A DNA stretch of 64,000 nt, from the NCBI GenBank assembly GCA_016193315.1, contig JACPSJ010000001.1, forward strand, positions 21,935 to 85,934, written 5' to 3'. This DNA is from Candidatus Kerfeldbacteria bacterium. GTDB lineage: Bacteria > Patescibacteriota > Patescibacteriia > SBBC01 > CAIJZX01. Shown here one piece after another: positions 48,618-58,191 of the stretch. The position numbers and the translations under genes were made by a program. Each line of letters opens with the position of its first letter. Position 1 is the stretch's first letter. The notes beneath the pieces are model-generated. The model made no database searches. It saw only the letters and a program-made list of their open reading frames with translations, and was not told the origin of the DNA.

Positions 48618-48665
48618 CTACGTTGACATCGTGAAGGCCAGAGGTTCAAATCCGGGCGTGGTACG
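48618..48665 (+). repeat. degenerate partial copy of the tRNA-Val anticodon/T-arm region
   Basis: cgttgacatcgtgaaggccagaggttcaaatcc versus tRNA cattgacattgtggaggtcagaggttcaaatcc; the T-stem is not complementary. Confidence 0.3.
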
Positions 48666-48690
48666 TAGAACGTGCCGCGCGGACCGGAGG

Positions 48691-49590
48691 ATGGTGGGAG
48701 ATGAGTGGTATACTGTGGACGTGGAACAGGAGGATTTGGGCCGGAATCCCGAACGTCGTGAACGAGAATTCCAGTTTCGAATTGGCCAGCGCACCAGGCC
48801 GAGCGCCCGACACCCGGAGCGAAATGAGGACGCCATACTGGTTGACCAGGAAGCTGGCGTGTTTGCGGTTTTTGATGGCGTCAGTGGCCTGGAAAACGGA
48901 GCTGGCGGATCGGCCGCCCAAATGGCCAAAGAACACATCGCCCGACTGGTTCGAGAAATGCCCAGGCAGATGTCGCTGGTCGATGTCCGAGATTACTTGG
49001 TGTTAGCGGCACACCACACCAACGAAACACTGTGGAAACATCAACGTGAACGCAACCTCGAGGGCCTTGAAACGACGATGACGCTCGGCTGTATCGTTGA
49101 GGAACATGGTTCACGCTGTCTCCTGACCGTTCATGTCGGGGATAGCCGAGCGTATGTATTAAGAGGCCGGTCAACTCTGGAAACGGTCACTCTTGATGAC
49201 AGCTTGATTCGGAGCATGGGTCTCGATGAGGCCGGAATGAAACAGGTGCAGAAGAGGCTCAGCAACGCCCAAACTGCCGCCGGGCTGTCGCCCGAAGAAA
49301 GACGCGCGTTTAGATTTCGGAACCTAATCACTCAGGGACTCGGTTATGAATCGATCGAACCACACACGACCGCTACCGAGATTCAGCCCGGTGATCGCGT
49401 CCTGCTTACGACCGACGGTATCCACGATAATCTGATTCAGGACGAAATGGAAGGAACTCTTAAATCGTCAGCCGACGTCCAGCAATCCGCCGACAACATG
49501 GTTGAGGCCGCCGCGCAACGCAGCGCGGAAAAAGGCGATCGTGCTAACCCGGACGATATGACGACGTTGGTGGTTGAGGTGGTGGAATAA
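48691..49590 (+). CDS. PP2C-family Ser/Thr protein phosphatase
   Basis: PP2C motifs EDAILVDQEAGVFAVFDGVSG, TMTLGCIVEEHG, HVGDSRAYV, LLTTDGIHDNL. Confidence 0.8.
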   Translation: MVGDEWYTVDVEQEDLGRNPERREREFQFRIGQRTRPSARHPERNEDAILVDQEAGVFAVFDGVSGLENGAGGSAAQMAKEHIARLVREMPRQMSLVDVRDYLVLAAHHTNETLWKHQRERNLEGLETTMTLGCIVEEHGSRCLLTVHVGDSRAYVLRGRSTLETVTLDDSLIRSMGLDEAGMKQVQKRLSNAQTAAGLSPEERRAFRFRNLITQGLGYESIEPHTTATEIQPGDRVLLTTDGIHDNLIQDEMEGTLKSSADVQQSADNMVEAAAQRSAEKGDRANPDDMTTLVVEVVE

Positions 49591-49630
49591 CAATCACCCC
49601 CCAACGGGGGGGGTGATTGCGTTGATGGTT

Positions 49631-52600
49631 CTAACTTTCCAACCCGAGCTCGCGGCGATTGCGTCGCAGGAGGACGTATCCAGCCGTCAGGGCGGCCACC
49701 CCGAGACTGAAGAGCACGTAGTCGCTAGCCGAGACGCCAGTTTCGGCCAGACCCAGCACCTGCGGCACCTTGACCGTGATGGTAGCTTGAGCGGTGATTG
49801 GATCGACGTCGTCGGCCGTCGCCACTGCCGTATTGACGTAGTTGCCAGCCTTAACGTCTTGACCGACGGTTACCTGGTAGGTGATCGTCTTTGCATCGCC
49901 GGGCGCGATCAAGTCGTAAGTCCATTCCTTGGTGCTAGTGCCATCGGGATAGGAGAACCCGGCTGGCAACTTGTCGGTCACCACGACGTTTCGGGCCTGG
50001 CCGTCACCGTGGTTGGAAACCACCAGGGTATAGGTCACGGTCTTACCTGGATTGGTGACGGTCGGGTCGGCCGTTTTCTCCAGGCTGAGTTCAGGAGTAG
50101 CGACGCCGAGGACTTGGGGTACTCTGACCACGATGTCCGAAGTGTCGCTGACCGGATCAGTGTTGGTGGCGTCAGCGGTGGCCGTGTTGGTGTAGGTGCC
50201 GGCCGTCGCGCCGGGGTCGATATTGACGACATAGGTGAAGGTTTTTGATTTGCCCGGCGCCAAGTCACCGATGACGAAATCCTTGGCTGTACCGCCGCCG
50301 TCGTTGAACGTCAGGTTAGCTGGCAGGACATCCTTGAGCGTTACGTCCTCAGCCGCAGCGGTGGCGGATGAAGCGTTGCTCACCGATACCGTGTAGGTGA
50401 TAGCGCTGTTGGGATTGACGAAGGCCGGGGCGTTGTTTGACTTGGACACCCGCAGAGCCGGAGCTGATTTGACGGTGGTGGTGGCGGTGTCTTCGACCGC
50501 GTCGGTCTCGTCGCTGTCAAAGGTGGCGGTGTTCTCTAGGATCGTACCAGTAGCCAGCGGCGATTTGACTTTCACCGTGACGGCCACGCGGCCGCGGTCG
50601 CCGGGATTCTTGGTGCCGAGATCCCAGGTGACGGTGCCGTCGGCAAAGGCGCCGCCGTGGTCAGCACTGACGAACGTTGTGTCGGACGGAATCGGGTCAG
50701 TGATGACGGCCTGGGTGGCCGGCGTGTTGCCGTCGACGGACCAATCCAGGGTGTAAGTCAGGTTATCGCCAGCGTCGATGGTAGCGGGCCCGGTCTTGTC
50801 GAGATCGATGGTGGTCACCAGTTTCCGGTTGGTGAACGTGCACTGGTATTCAGCCCCCGGCGAGGCCCGGAAGGTGACACTCGTATCCTGGTCGACGTCC
50901 AATGGGTCCCCGTTGACGCGACACTCGACGCCGACGAACTCATAGCCAGCCTTGACATCTTCACGGACGGTCGTCGAGCCCGGACTGATGGTGCGCGTCG
51001 AACCCGTGGCGAAGTTTTGATTGCCACCGTTGAGATCCCACGTCCAGTTCGTGGCTCCAACCACGTCGCTGGCATCTTCCAGGTCGCCGTCACCGTTCTG
51101 ATCGACGTTCTTGTTGACGGTCAGCGAGGCGGTGGGTAGAAGACGATTGCAGAGCGTAATGGCTGTATTCTGGAACGGCTCGACGTCAACCATGATCGGT
51201 AAGGTTGTGCCTTCAAAACTCTCGGCATCGTCACACGAGGCCTCTCGGTCGCTGAAGAACCAGCCCACGAATCCGTAACCGGCGGCTAGTTTTTCATTGA
51301 CCGAATGGGAACCCGGGTTAGCCACGACGGTGTTGCCCATGGCGTTGGCGCTGCCGCCATCGACGGCCCAGGTGAATCCGAGTTGGTTGGCCTGGTCATT
51401 ACCGCCCTCGAATTGTTGATCGAAGTCGGAGTTAACCTGCTTGTTGACCCGAATCGAGCCGGGGCAGAGCGCACGCGCATAACCGGTCAAGGCGTCGCCG
51501 ATGCCGTCGAAGTCGGCGACCTTGATGACATCAGTGTTCGTGGTGATGGCGTCTGGGCTAGTGGCGATGGCCGGGCCAGAGATAGCCGACAACTTATAGT
51601 TATTCCAGCTTGAGTCACCGCTATCGAATTCCGGATCAGTGTCATCCTCGCCGATGCCGATGACGACAATGCGAGTACCGCTCTGTTTGATGGTGTTGGC
51701 ACGCTCGATCGCTTTTTCCAATCCGTCGTTCCAGTCAAACGGTTCGGCGGCGGGATACCCCCAGCGATTCGGTGATCCGTCGGTAGCGATGACCATCAGG
51801 TTTGGGTTCGGACGCGGGTCGAAGCTGTCCCCACTCTGGGCCAGCCCGGCATCCCAGTTGGTATGACCGTCACCACTCGACGGCAAGGCGTTGATCGCGG
51901 CCGCTGCTTGCGCCGCGGTCATGGGAAAACCCTGCTCGAGATTTGAACTGGTGGCAAACGAGGCCAGGCTGAAGACCGTTGGCGTGTCGTCGAAGGCGTT
52001 AACGAAGGTGGTCATCGCCTCCTTGATCTGCGTCATGTCGCTGCTGCTGACGCTGTCCGAGGCGTCGACAATCAATCCCACATCGAGACCACAGGATTGC
52101 CCGAGGCCCGGATTCGCCGTGGGCATCAAGTAGTTGACCCTGACCGCCACCGAGTCGACGCCCACCCGATTCGGAGTCTGGAGGCTGCCCGGGAAGCTCG
52201 CCCGGAGGCGGACGGCGAATGAATCGTTGTCCAAGTCGGTGGCCGGCCACTGGTCACGGCCCCATTCGTCGTTCGGTCCACCCACGATGAGTGTGGTGTA
52301 GTCGGCACCGAAGTTGTCAGCGTCTCGCCGGTCCTCCCAACCCGACGTGCCAGCCGGATTGTCGGCGCTGACATAAACGTCGAGATCGAGTTCGCCGCTG
52401 CCGCTGGTGCGGTGAGCTTTGATTTGTACCTCCAGACCGGTGACGACCGCGCCGGACGGGATGGAAATGTTAAAACCGCCATACTTCTCTTGGCCATCGT
52501 GGTCGAAGACTGCATCCTCGCCATCGGCGGCGTAGGCTTTGGATGGGTTGGATACGATGGTATGAATATTGGCGTTCGATGTTGGCGCTTTCCAGCTCGT

Positions 52601-52852
52601 GGTGGCCGCGTTGGCCACCGCTGGTACGAACAACGCCGTCAGTGAACTGATGTTAATCATGGTGGCGATGGCCACCAAGATATTGAAAACTTTCCACGTG
52701 CGCCGGCGCGCGGCTTTCCGGCGGAGCGTGGCCCAGCCAATGATTGTGCCACTGATCATGAGAAAAACCCTGGTTAGCTTATGAAAACGGCCAAGGGGTT
52801 TTCTACTACCCCCCATAGCCGGTGCATGTTTTTGACCATGTTTCATTACCAT
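49631..52852 (-). CDS. large surface protein: signal/TM N-terminus, vWA domain, DUF11-type repeats, C-terminal LAETG sortase-type sorting signal
   Basis: vWA MIDAS region GLDVGLIVDASDSV...VIATDGSPN; repeated Thr/Val-rich Ig-like repeats; C-terminus LAETGVSASDYVLFSLGVAALTAGYVLLRRNRRE (LPXTG-like motif, TM helix, basic tail). Confidence 0.8.
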   Translation of the reverse strand: MVMKHGQKHAPAMGGSRKPLGRFHKLTRVFLMISGTIIGWATLRRKAARRRTWKVFNILVAIATMINISSLTALFVPAVANAATTSWKAPTSNANIHTIVSNPSKAYAADGEDAVFDHDGQEKYGGFNISIPSGAVVTGLEVQIKAHRTSGSGELDLDVYVSADNPAGTSGWEDRRDADNFGADYTTLIVGGPNDEWGRDQWPATDLDNDSFAVRLRASFPGSLQTPNRVGVDSVAVRVNYLMPTANPGLGQSCGLDVGLIVDASDSVSSSDMTQIKEAMTTFVNAFDDTPTVFSLASFATSSNLEQGFPMTAAQAAAAINALPSSGDGHTNWDAGLAQSGDSFDPRPNPNLMVIATDGSPNRWGYPAAEPFDWNDGLEKAIERANTIKQSGTRIVVIGIGEDDTDPEFDSGDSSWNNYKLSAISGPAIATSPDAITTNTDVIKVADFDGIGDALTGYARALCPGSIRVNKQVNSDFDQQFEGGNDQANQLGFTWAVDGGSANAMGNTVVANPGSHSVNEKLAAGYGFVGWFFSDREASCDDAESFEGTTLPIMVDVEPFQNTAITLCNRLLPTASLTVNKNVDQNGDGDLEDASDVVGATNWTWDLNGGNQNFATGSTRTISPGSTTVREDVKAGYEFVGVECRVNGDPLDVDQDTSVTFRASPGAEYQCTFTNRKLVTTIDLDKTGPATIDAGDNLTYTLDWSVDGNTPATQAVITDPIPSDTTFVSADHGGAFADGTVTWDLGTKNPGDRGRVAVTVKVKSPLATGTILENTATFDSDETDAVEDTATTTVKSAPALRVSKSNNAPAFVNPNSAITYTVSVSNASSATAAAEDVTLKDVLPANLTFNDGGGTAKDFVIGDLAPGKSKTFTYVVNIDPGATAGTYTNTATADATNTDPVSDTSDIVVRVPQVLGVATPELSLEKTADPTVTNPGKTVTYTLVVSNHGDGQARNVVVTDKLPAGFSYPDGTSTKEWTYDLIAPGDAKTITYQVTVGQDVKAGNYVNTAVATADDVDPITAQATITVKVPQVLGLAETGVSASDYVLFSLGVAALTAGYVLLRRNRRELGLES

Positions 52853-53001
52853 GTTGATCCAGAGGTGTCAAATCGGTCCAAGATCTCTTGATCTGGTTGT
52901 GGACAGACCCTGTTGGTGATTCTGTCGAACGCCTACTTTAGGGGCCTCTACGCTGCATTAGGTATGCACAAGTTATCCACCATTTTTCATCACCGAAATA
53001 T

Positions 53002-53964
53002 GTGGTCTGGGTTCATGATATGCTGAGCAGTGCTATGAGCAACCAGTCGATTGTAGTCCCAGCCGGGACGCCGCCAGTCCGCCTCGATGTCTTTCTGACG
53101 CAACACACTGATCTATCCCGGTCGCAACTCCAAAAACACATCAAGTCTGGCGCCGTATTACTGAATGGCCGGGCCGTTTCCGCCCACCACCAGGTACATC
53201 CTGGCGATGCCGTCGTCCTGCAGGAAATCAGTGCCACCTACCACGAGCAGCCGATCACCGCTGATACCGCTGACCCAGTGGTGGTGTTTGAAGATGACAA
53301 TCTGCTGGTCATCAACAAGCCCAGCGGCCTGGTGGTTCATCCCGCACCCGGCATCCGTGAACGTACGGTTTACGACTGGGCCGTACAGCATGCTCCGGCC
53401 ATTGGCGGCATTGGCGATCAACCACAATTGCGGGGAGGTATTGTGCACCGTCTCGATCGCGATGTCTCCGGGCTGATGGTGATCGCCAAGTCACAACCAA
53501 TGTTCGATTTTCTGAAGTCTCGGTTTCAGGAGCACGCTGTGGAGAAGGAGTACCTAGCCCTTGTCCATGGCCGCTTGACTGACACCAGTGGCCGGATTGA
53601 CTTTGCCATCGCCCGTAAAGCCGATCATTCTGGGTTAATGGTGGCGCGACCGAAGTCACAGGAAGGGAAAGAGGCGGCGACACTGTTTACGGTCGAGCGC
53701 CACATCAAGAATCTCACGCTCGTTCGGGTCCGAACGTTGACTGGTCGCAGTCACCAAATCCGCGTTCACTTCAAGGCCATTGGTCATCCACTGGTTGGCG
53801 ACCCGCTGTATCGAATCCGGGGCCAAAAACGATTGCGGATCACTCCGCCCCGCCCGTTTCTCCATGCCACGGTGCTCGGCTTCACCGATCTTGCCGGGCA
53901 GCGCAGAAAATTCGAAGCGCCGTTGCCGAATGATTTGCAGCAGTACTTGGCTCGGGTTGGATAA
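53002..53964 (+). CDS. rluD: RluA-family 23S rRNA pseudouridine synthase (RluD-like)
   Basis: S4 domain at the N-terminus; catalytic HRLDRDVSGLMVIAKS. Confidence 0.85.
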   Translation: MVWVHDMLSSAMSNQSIVVPAGTPPVRLDVFLTQHTDLSRSQLQKHIKSGAVLLNGRAVSAHHQVHPGDAVVLQEISATYHEQPITADTADPVVVFEDDNLLVINKPSGLVVHPAPGIRERTVYDWAVQHAPAIGGIGDQPQLRGGIVHRLDRDVSGLMVIAKSQPMFDFLKSRFQEHAVEKEYLALVHGRLTDTSGRIDFAIARKADHSGLMVARPKSQEGKEAATLFTVERHIKNLTLVRVRTLTGRSHQIRVHFKAIGHPLVGDPLYRIRGQKRLRITPPRPFLHATVLGFTDLAGQRRKFEAPLPNDLQQYLARVG

Positions 53965-54054
53965 GGCCGCCGCTCCGGACCGTGACCACCCCGTCTCCGC
54001 CAAAGGCGGAGCCACCCCTCCTTATCAAGGAGGGGATGGGCCGGAGCGGCGGCC
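53965..54054 (+). promoter_or_regulatory. highly structured element between rluD and rplS (possible L19 leader or terminator)
   Basis: 14-bp outer stem ggccgccgctccgg/ccggagcggcggcc enclosing hairpins ccgtctccgccaaaggcggagcc and cccctccttatcaaggagggg. Confidence 0.4.
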
Positions 54055-54083
54055 TTGACCGCAATGGTCTACCGCGCTAGACT
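54055..54083 (+). promoter_or_regulatory. promoter candidate for rplS
   Basis: TTGACC, 17 nt, TAGACT. Confidence 0.35.
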
Positions 54084-54105
54084 GTCGTGGTCCTCAGTAA
54101 TTCTT

Positions 54106-54417
54106 ATGCCCCACGAACTCCCACGCACCGACATCAAGCCCGGCCAAACCGTTCGGGTCCACCAGAAAATCAAAGAAGGCGACAAAGAGCGTCTTCAGGT
54201 TTTTGAAGGTGTGGTTATCTCGCGACGGCACGGCACCGGACCGACCAGCACTTTCACGGTGCGTAAGGTCAGTGAGGGCGTGGCGGTGGAACGGATTTTC
54301 CCGCTCCACTCGCCGATCATCGCCAAGCTCGATCTGGTTCGGAGTGCCAAGATCCGACGAGCCAAACTGTATTATCTGCGCCACCCGGGCGCCAAGCCGC
54401 TGAAGGAAAAGAGGTAA
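54106..54417 (+). CDS. rplS: 50S ribosomal protein L19
   Basis: [62 protein letters not shown] matches L19. Confidence 0.85.
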   Translation: MPHELPRTDIKPGQTVRVHQKIKEGDKERLQVFEGVVISRRHGTGPTSTFTVRKVSEGVAVERIFPLHSPIIAKLDLVRSAKIRRAKLYYLRHPGAKPLKEKR

Positions 54418-54452
54418 AACGTTACACTGTCTGTCAGGCCGGAATCTTGATC

Positions 54453-54483
54453 CGGCCTGATTGTGGGTGAGTAAAAAAAGCGA
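54453..54483 (-). terminator. intrinsic terminator (minus strand)
   Basis: Reverse complement reads gcgacccctaggggtcgcttttttt. Confidence 0.5.
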
Positions 54484-54486
54484 CCC

Positions 54487-54744
54487 CTAGGGGTCGCTCA
54501 ACCACGGGCCGTCGTAGACGGTGGTGTACCCGCCGAATCGGCACGAGGCCTCTTTGTAGACCTCGCGGTTGGTGGTCGTCAGGCCGCAGCGGAGGCATTG
54601 GAATTCACGACCTTTGGCGGTCCGGAGGCGGACTGGAGTTTTTCCTACCAGCGTAGCCTCAGGATCCTGGTCAGTGACGGTGATGACAAAGTGTTCGCCG
54701 TCACGGGACGTCGCCGTCCCTCCATAGAAGGCGTGGACAGACAT
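54487..54744 (-). CDS. small Cys-containing protein, possibly the C-terminal part of a frameshifted secreted protein (with ORF 54645..55031)
   Basis: ORF 54645..55031 has a signal-peptide-like N-terminus and overlaps this ORF by ~100 nt in another frame. Confidence 0.3.
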   Translation of the reverse strand: MSVHAFYGGTATSRDGEHFVITVTDQDPEATLVGKTPVRLRTAKGREFQCLRCGLTTTNREVYKEASCRFGGYTTVYDGPWLSDP

Positions 54745-55677
54745 GGTTCACCTCTTTCAGTTCGCTTCACGCGAGTGAAGTCGTAGTGGAAAGTTGATTC
54801 GGCCAGGACATGGGCACCGCTCAAATAGCGACCGGCTCGACCATTTGCTGTGACCGGGCGGCAAGACATTATCGTGACACTGGTCCTGTCGCCAGGGTTT
54901 GAAGTCATCTGGTTAGTCAAGACGTGTCCGTTGACGAACAGTTCCGGGCCAGGTTCATGATCCGCCATCGGGCCTCCGGCAAAGATGGAAAGGGCGAAGA
55001 TAACGAAACAAGCTCCCGGTCGGGAGCTCATGTCTTGGCGTCGAGTAGTGGGTGGATTTATGGCGACAACACAGGAACTCCCGATCGGCTGGAGCCGGTC
55101 AGAATCAGACTAAGCGTGATGGTCAGAATCTGGGAGTAGACTGTGGTGTCCATACAAGAATAACCTAGCGCAAAACCGCCAAGGTGTCAATACCCCCCCT
55201 GGAACATTAGTCGTTCCCCCGCCTGCGCGTCTACCCAATTAGGCGCCCAGGTGGGGGAGCGGCCGCGTAGATGGCTTGCACCTTACGCGGCCGCCTCGTC
55301 TTGACCGCCATTCCGGTTTTCCGGAACGGCTTCCAAGGGTTTGGACTTGGCTGGCTCGCCGCGGTGGTTTTGGCGCCGGCCGGAATAGACCATCCCAGCC
55401 GCCAAAAGAATCGGGGTCGCGACCACCAGCGCGATCATCCACACCCAGGCAGGTACTGGCACTAGATTCACCTCCTTTGGTTTAGGTGCGGCTTTCCACG
55501 TGATCCGGACTGGCACGTATTACGTGGTGCTGCGGCCGGACTTACGTGGTCCCGGTCAGCTGCGGCGCAAAATGAGCGTTGGCCTAGGCATAGCACAAAG
55601 GCCTTCCGTTGTAAAGAGTGTGCTTGTCCGGACAATAGTTATGGCTAACGAGTGTGACAGTCAAGCTTGTAAGCAGC

Positions 55678-55765
55678 TGGTGCGGCCGAGAGGACTCGAA
55701 CCTCCAATCCCTTGCGGGAACTAGCACCTCAAGCTAGCGCGTATACCAAATTCCGCCACGGCCGC
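55678..55765 (-). tRNA. tRNA-Leu (GAG), class II, CCA encoded
   Basis: Reverse complement GCGGCCG...CTAGC TTGAGGT GCTAG, long variable arm, GGAGG TTCGAGT CCTCT CGGCCGCACCA. Confidence 0.8.
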
Positions 55766-55965
55766 ACCAGCTGCTGACAAAGTTTCAAGGTGCTGCGTCC
55801 CTCTTGGTAGGTTGAGATTGTGCCATAAAAATTTGTCCTCGGCAAGCGATCATTCCAACTTGCCCTTCCTTGCTTTTTCCGCTAGGGTAGTCGCGGCCGG
55901 TCGAGGAATCGGTTATATGAGAAGCTCTTTGACACATCGGCCAACAACCGAAAGGAGGTTTCGGC

Positions 55966-56847
55966 ATGCTCGACTGGATCCTGCGGCGCATTCCGCGCTG
56001 GCTGGTCTGGAAGATCGCCCAACGGTACATCGCCGGGACCTCGCTAGAGGGGGCGGTGGCTGTGGTACGACGAATGAATGATGAAGGTTTCGTCGTTGCC
56101 CTATCGTATCTCGGTGAACACTCGACTCGAGCCGAACAGTGTGACCAGGCGCTGACTCAGTACCTGGAAATTCTTGAGACCATCCATCGTCTCAAGCTCC
56201 GCGCCCAGTTGTCGGTCAAACCATCGCAGCTCGGCTTACCGCTCGACTTCGGCACCTTCCTCCAGCGAACCGTTGCCTTACTGACCCGCGCGTCGGCGCT
56301 CGGCATCTTCGTCCGCTTGGATATGGAGGATTCGAAGCATACGCAATCGACACTCTTAGCCTACCGTATTCTCCGCCGTCGCTTCCCGAACATTGGGACC
56401 GCCCTCCAGGCGACGCTCCATCGGAGCAAGACCGATGCTGCCAGCCTGCTTGACGGTGAGACGAATCTCCGTGTCTGCAAAGGGATTTATCCCGAACCAA
56501 GGTCCATCGCCTGGCAACGCCCGCCCGAAATCTGGCGCCACTATCTGCAAATCGTTTTACTCCTGATGCGCCGCCGCGCGTTCGTGGCCTTGGCCACGCA
56601 CAACGAGCGGATGCTGCGCCGGTTGGAAAAGCTGGTGGCCCAAGTCGGGCTTCCGCCAGAGCGGTACATTTTTGAGATGCTGCTGGGCGTCCGATTCACC
56701 CGCGCCCGCCAACTACTGGCCGCCGGGCATCCGGTTCTTCTCTACGTGGGGTTCGGGGCTGAGTGGTATGAATTCGCCCTGCGGCGGATGCACGAAAGCC
56801 CGCAACTCATCTGGTTAGGTATTCGTGGTCTGTTCTCCCGCACCTGA
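55966..56847 (+). CDS. proline dehydrogenase family protein
   Basis: Pro_dh-like: ...ALSYLGEHS...LSVKPSQLGL...LRVCKGIY. Confidence 0.75.
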   Translation: MLDWILRRIPRWLVWKIAQRYIAGTSLEGAVAVVRRMNDEGFVVALSYLGEHSTRAEQCDQALTQYLEILETIHRLKLRAQLSVKPSQLGLPLDFGTFLQRTVALLTRASALGIFVRLDMEDSKHTQSTLLAYRILRRRFPNIGTALQATLHRSKTDAASLLDGETNLRVCKGIYPEPRSIAWQRPPEIWRHYLQIVLLLMRRRAFVALATHNERMLRRLEKLVAQVGLPPERYIFEMLLGVRFTRARQLLAAGHPVLLYVGFGAEWYEFALRRMHESPQLIWLGIRGLFSRT

Positions 56848-56911
56848 AGTATCCGGTCCCGGCATGCAAGATGTGCTGAACCGGATTTTTTATAAGTCGA
56901 ATTGGCCTTGA

Positions 56912-56951
56912 CCCAGCACCACTTTTGTATGGAAACAAAAGTGGTGCTGGG
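56912..56951. promoter_or_regulatory. 16-bp perfect inverted repeat (operator or bidirectional hairpin)
   Basis: cccagcaccacttttg-(tatggaaa)-caaaagtggtgctggg, flanked on both sides by TTGAC. Confidence 0.4.
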
Positions 56952-57083
56952 TTGACAAATCCATCGGCCAGGAGAATGGTAAAGACAGTAGTCGTCCTTT
57001 CCCAATCATGGCCGATATCCATAGCCTGGAGATTTACTACCCAAAACCATGGAGCACATGACCGGGAAGAAAGTGAGGTTGTC

Positions 57084-57797
57084 ATGTCTCCCGTTGTCCT
57101 GTCGGTCGGCCCCGGGATGCCATACGGAGCTCCGGAGCTGAAGGCCGTGCGACGCAAGTACATGGCCCGGGCCACCGTGTTCGCTTCCGGGCTGTGGTCG
57201 GGGGTGTATTTGTTGGGGCTAGCCTTGGGCGTTTTGGTGATTGCCCGATTGCCGGCGACGAGAATCATCACCCTGCCGTATCAGCTCTTACCAACGCCGC
57301 CGCCGCTGACCCAGCAAATCCCGCCGCCGGCCATCGCCATTGCCAAGCCGGCCGTGGCCACAGCCGGCGTGGCCGTGCCAGTGCCGGATGCCAAAGCCGA
57401 GCCAGAACGGACGATCGCCACCCAGCAGGAGATGTCGATTCAGGGTCCCACCCCTGGAGCTTTGGGCGACAGCCTCGTGGTCGCACCACCAGCTGAGGGA
57501 GATCTGCCCAAGCTCGACGATTACGTGTATCGCGAAGAAGAACCAGCCTTGATTACTGACGCCGCACCGGTTTACCCAGACATCGCCCGCGAGGCGCAGG
57601 TCGAAGGCACGGTCCTGTTGCGGGTATTGGTCGGCAAGAACGGACGTGTCATCGAGGTCCACATCGATCATTCCATCCCGATGCTGGACCAGGCCGCTGT
57701 CGAAGCCGCTCGGAAATGGGTGTTCAAGCCGGCCCTCAACAACAACCGGCCGGTACCGGTGTGGGTGGCTCGACAAGTTCGGTTTTCGCTCCACTAG
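57084..57797 (+). CDS. TonB C-terminal domain protein with TM anchor and Pro-rich linker
   Basis: TM helix, PPPLTQQIPPPAIAIAKPAV linker, C-terminal PVYPDIAREAQVEGTVLLRVLVGKNGRV...AAVEAARKWVFKP (TonB_C). Confidence 0.7.
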   Translation: MSPVVLSVGPGMPYGAPELKAVRRKYMARATVFASGLWSGVYLLGLALGVLVIARLPATRIITLPYQLLPTPPPLTQQIPPPAIAIAKPAVATAGVAVPVPDAKAEPERTIATQQEMSIQGPTPGALGDSLVVAPPAEGDLPKLDDYVYREEEPALITDAAPVYPDIAREAQVEGTVLLRVLVGKNGRVIEVHIDHSIPMLDQAAVEAARKWVFKPALNNNRPVPVWVARQVRFSLH

Positions 57798-58116
57798 CGT
57801 TCAGCCGCAGGCCCGCGGCACCACGTTAGCCTCGATTATGTCGGGGCTTTTTTCAAAGTCTTGGACGAAGAGTGGGCTGACCGGCCGGGCCCAAGTGCCT
57901 TGAAATGGACGGCCGATTCTGGTAAAGTAGCGCTGCTCCTGAAGCGCACGGCGGTCACTTGTCCGAGATGCACTGCGTCCCCGCCGTGGCCGATGACGAT
58001 TAGCTCCGCGTAAAGCCCGAAACAAATTCGGGCCACGCGCCGCCGCAGCTAGTCAGAGCGCTCCGCTTATCCCGTACCACTTGTCGCTGCGTTCCTTGGA
58101 TGCGGGGCAGGCATCG

Positions 58117-58191
58117 AGGACGGTTAGCTCAGCGGGAGAGCACTCGGCTTACATCCGAGGGGTCGCAGGTTCGATCCCTGCACCGTCCACC
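58117..58191 (+). tRNA. tRNA-Val (TAC), CCA encoded
   Basis: GGACGGT..anticodon loop CTTACAT..TTCGATC..ACCGTCCACCA. Confidence 0.85.
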
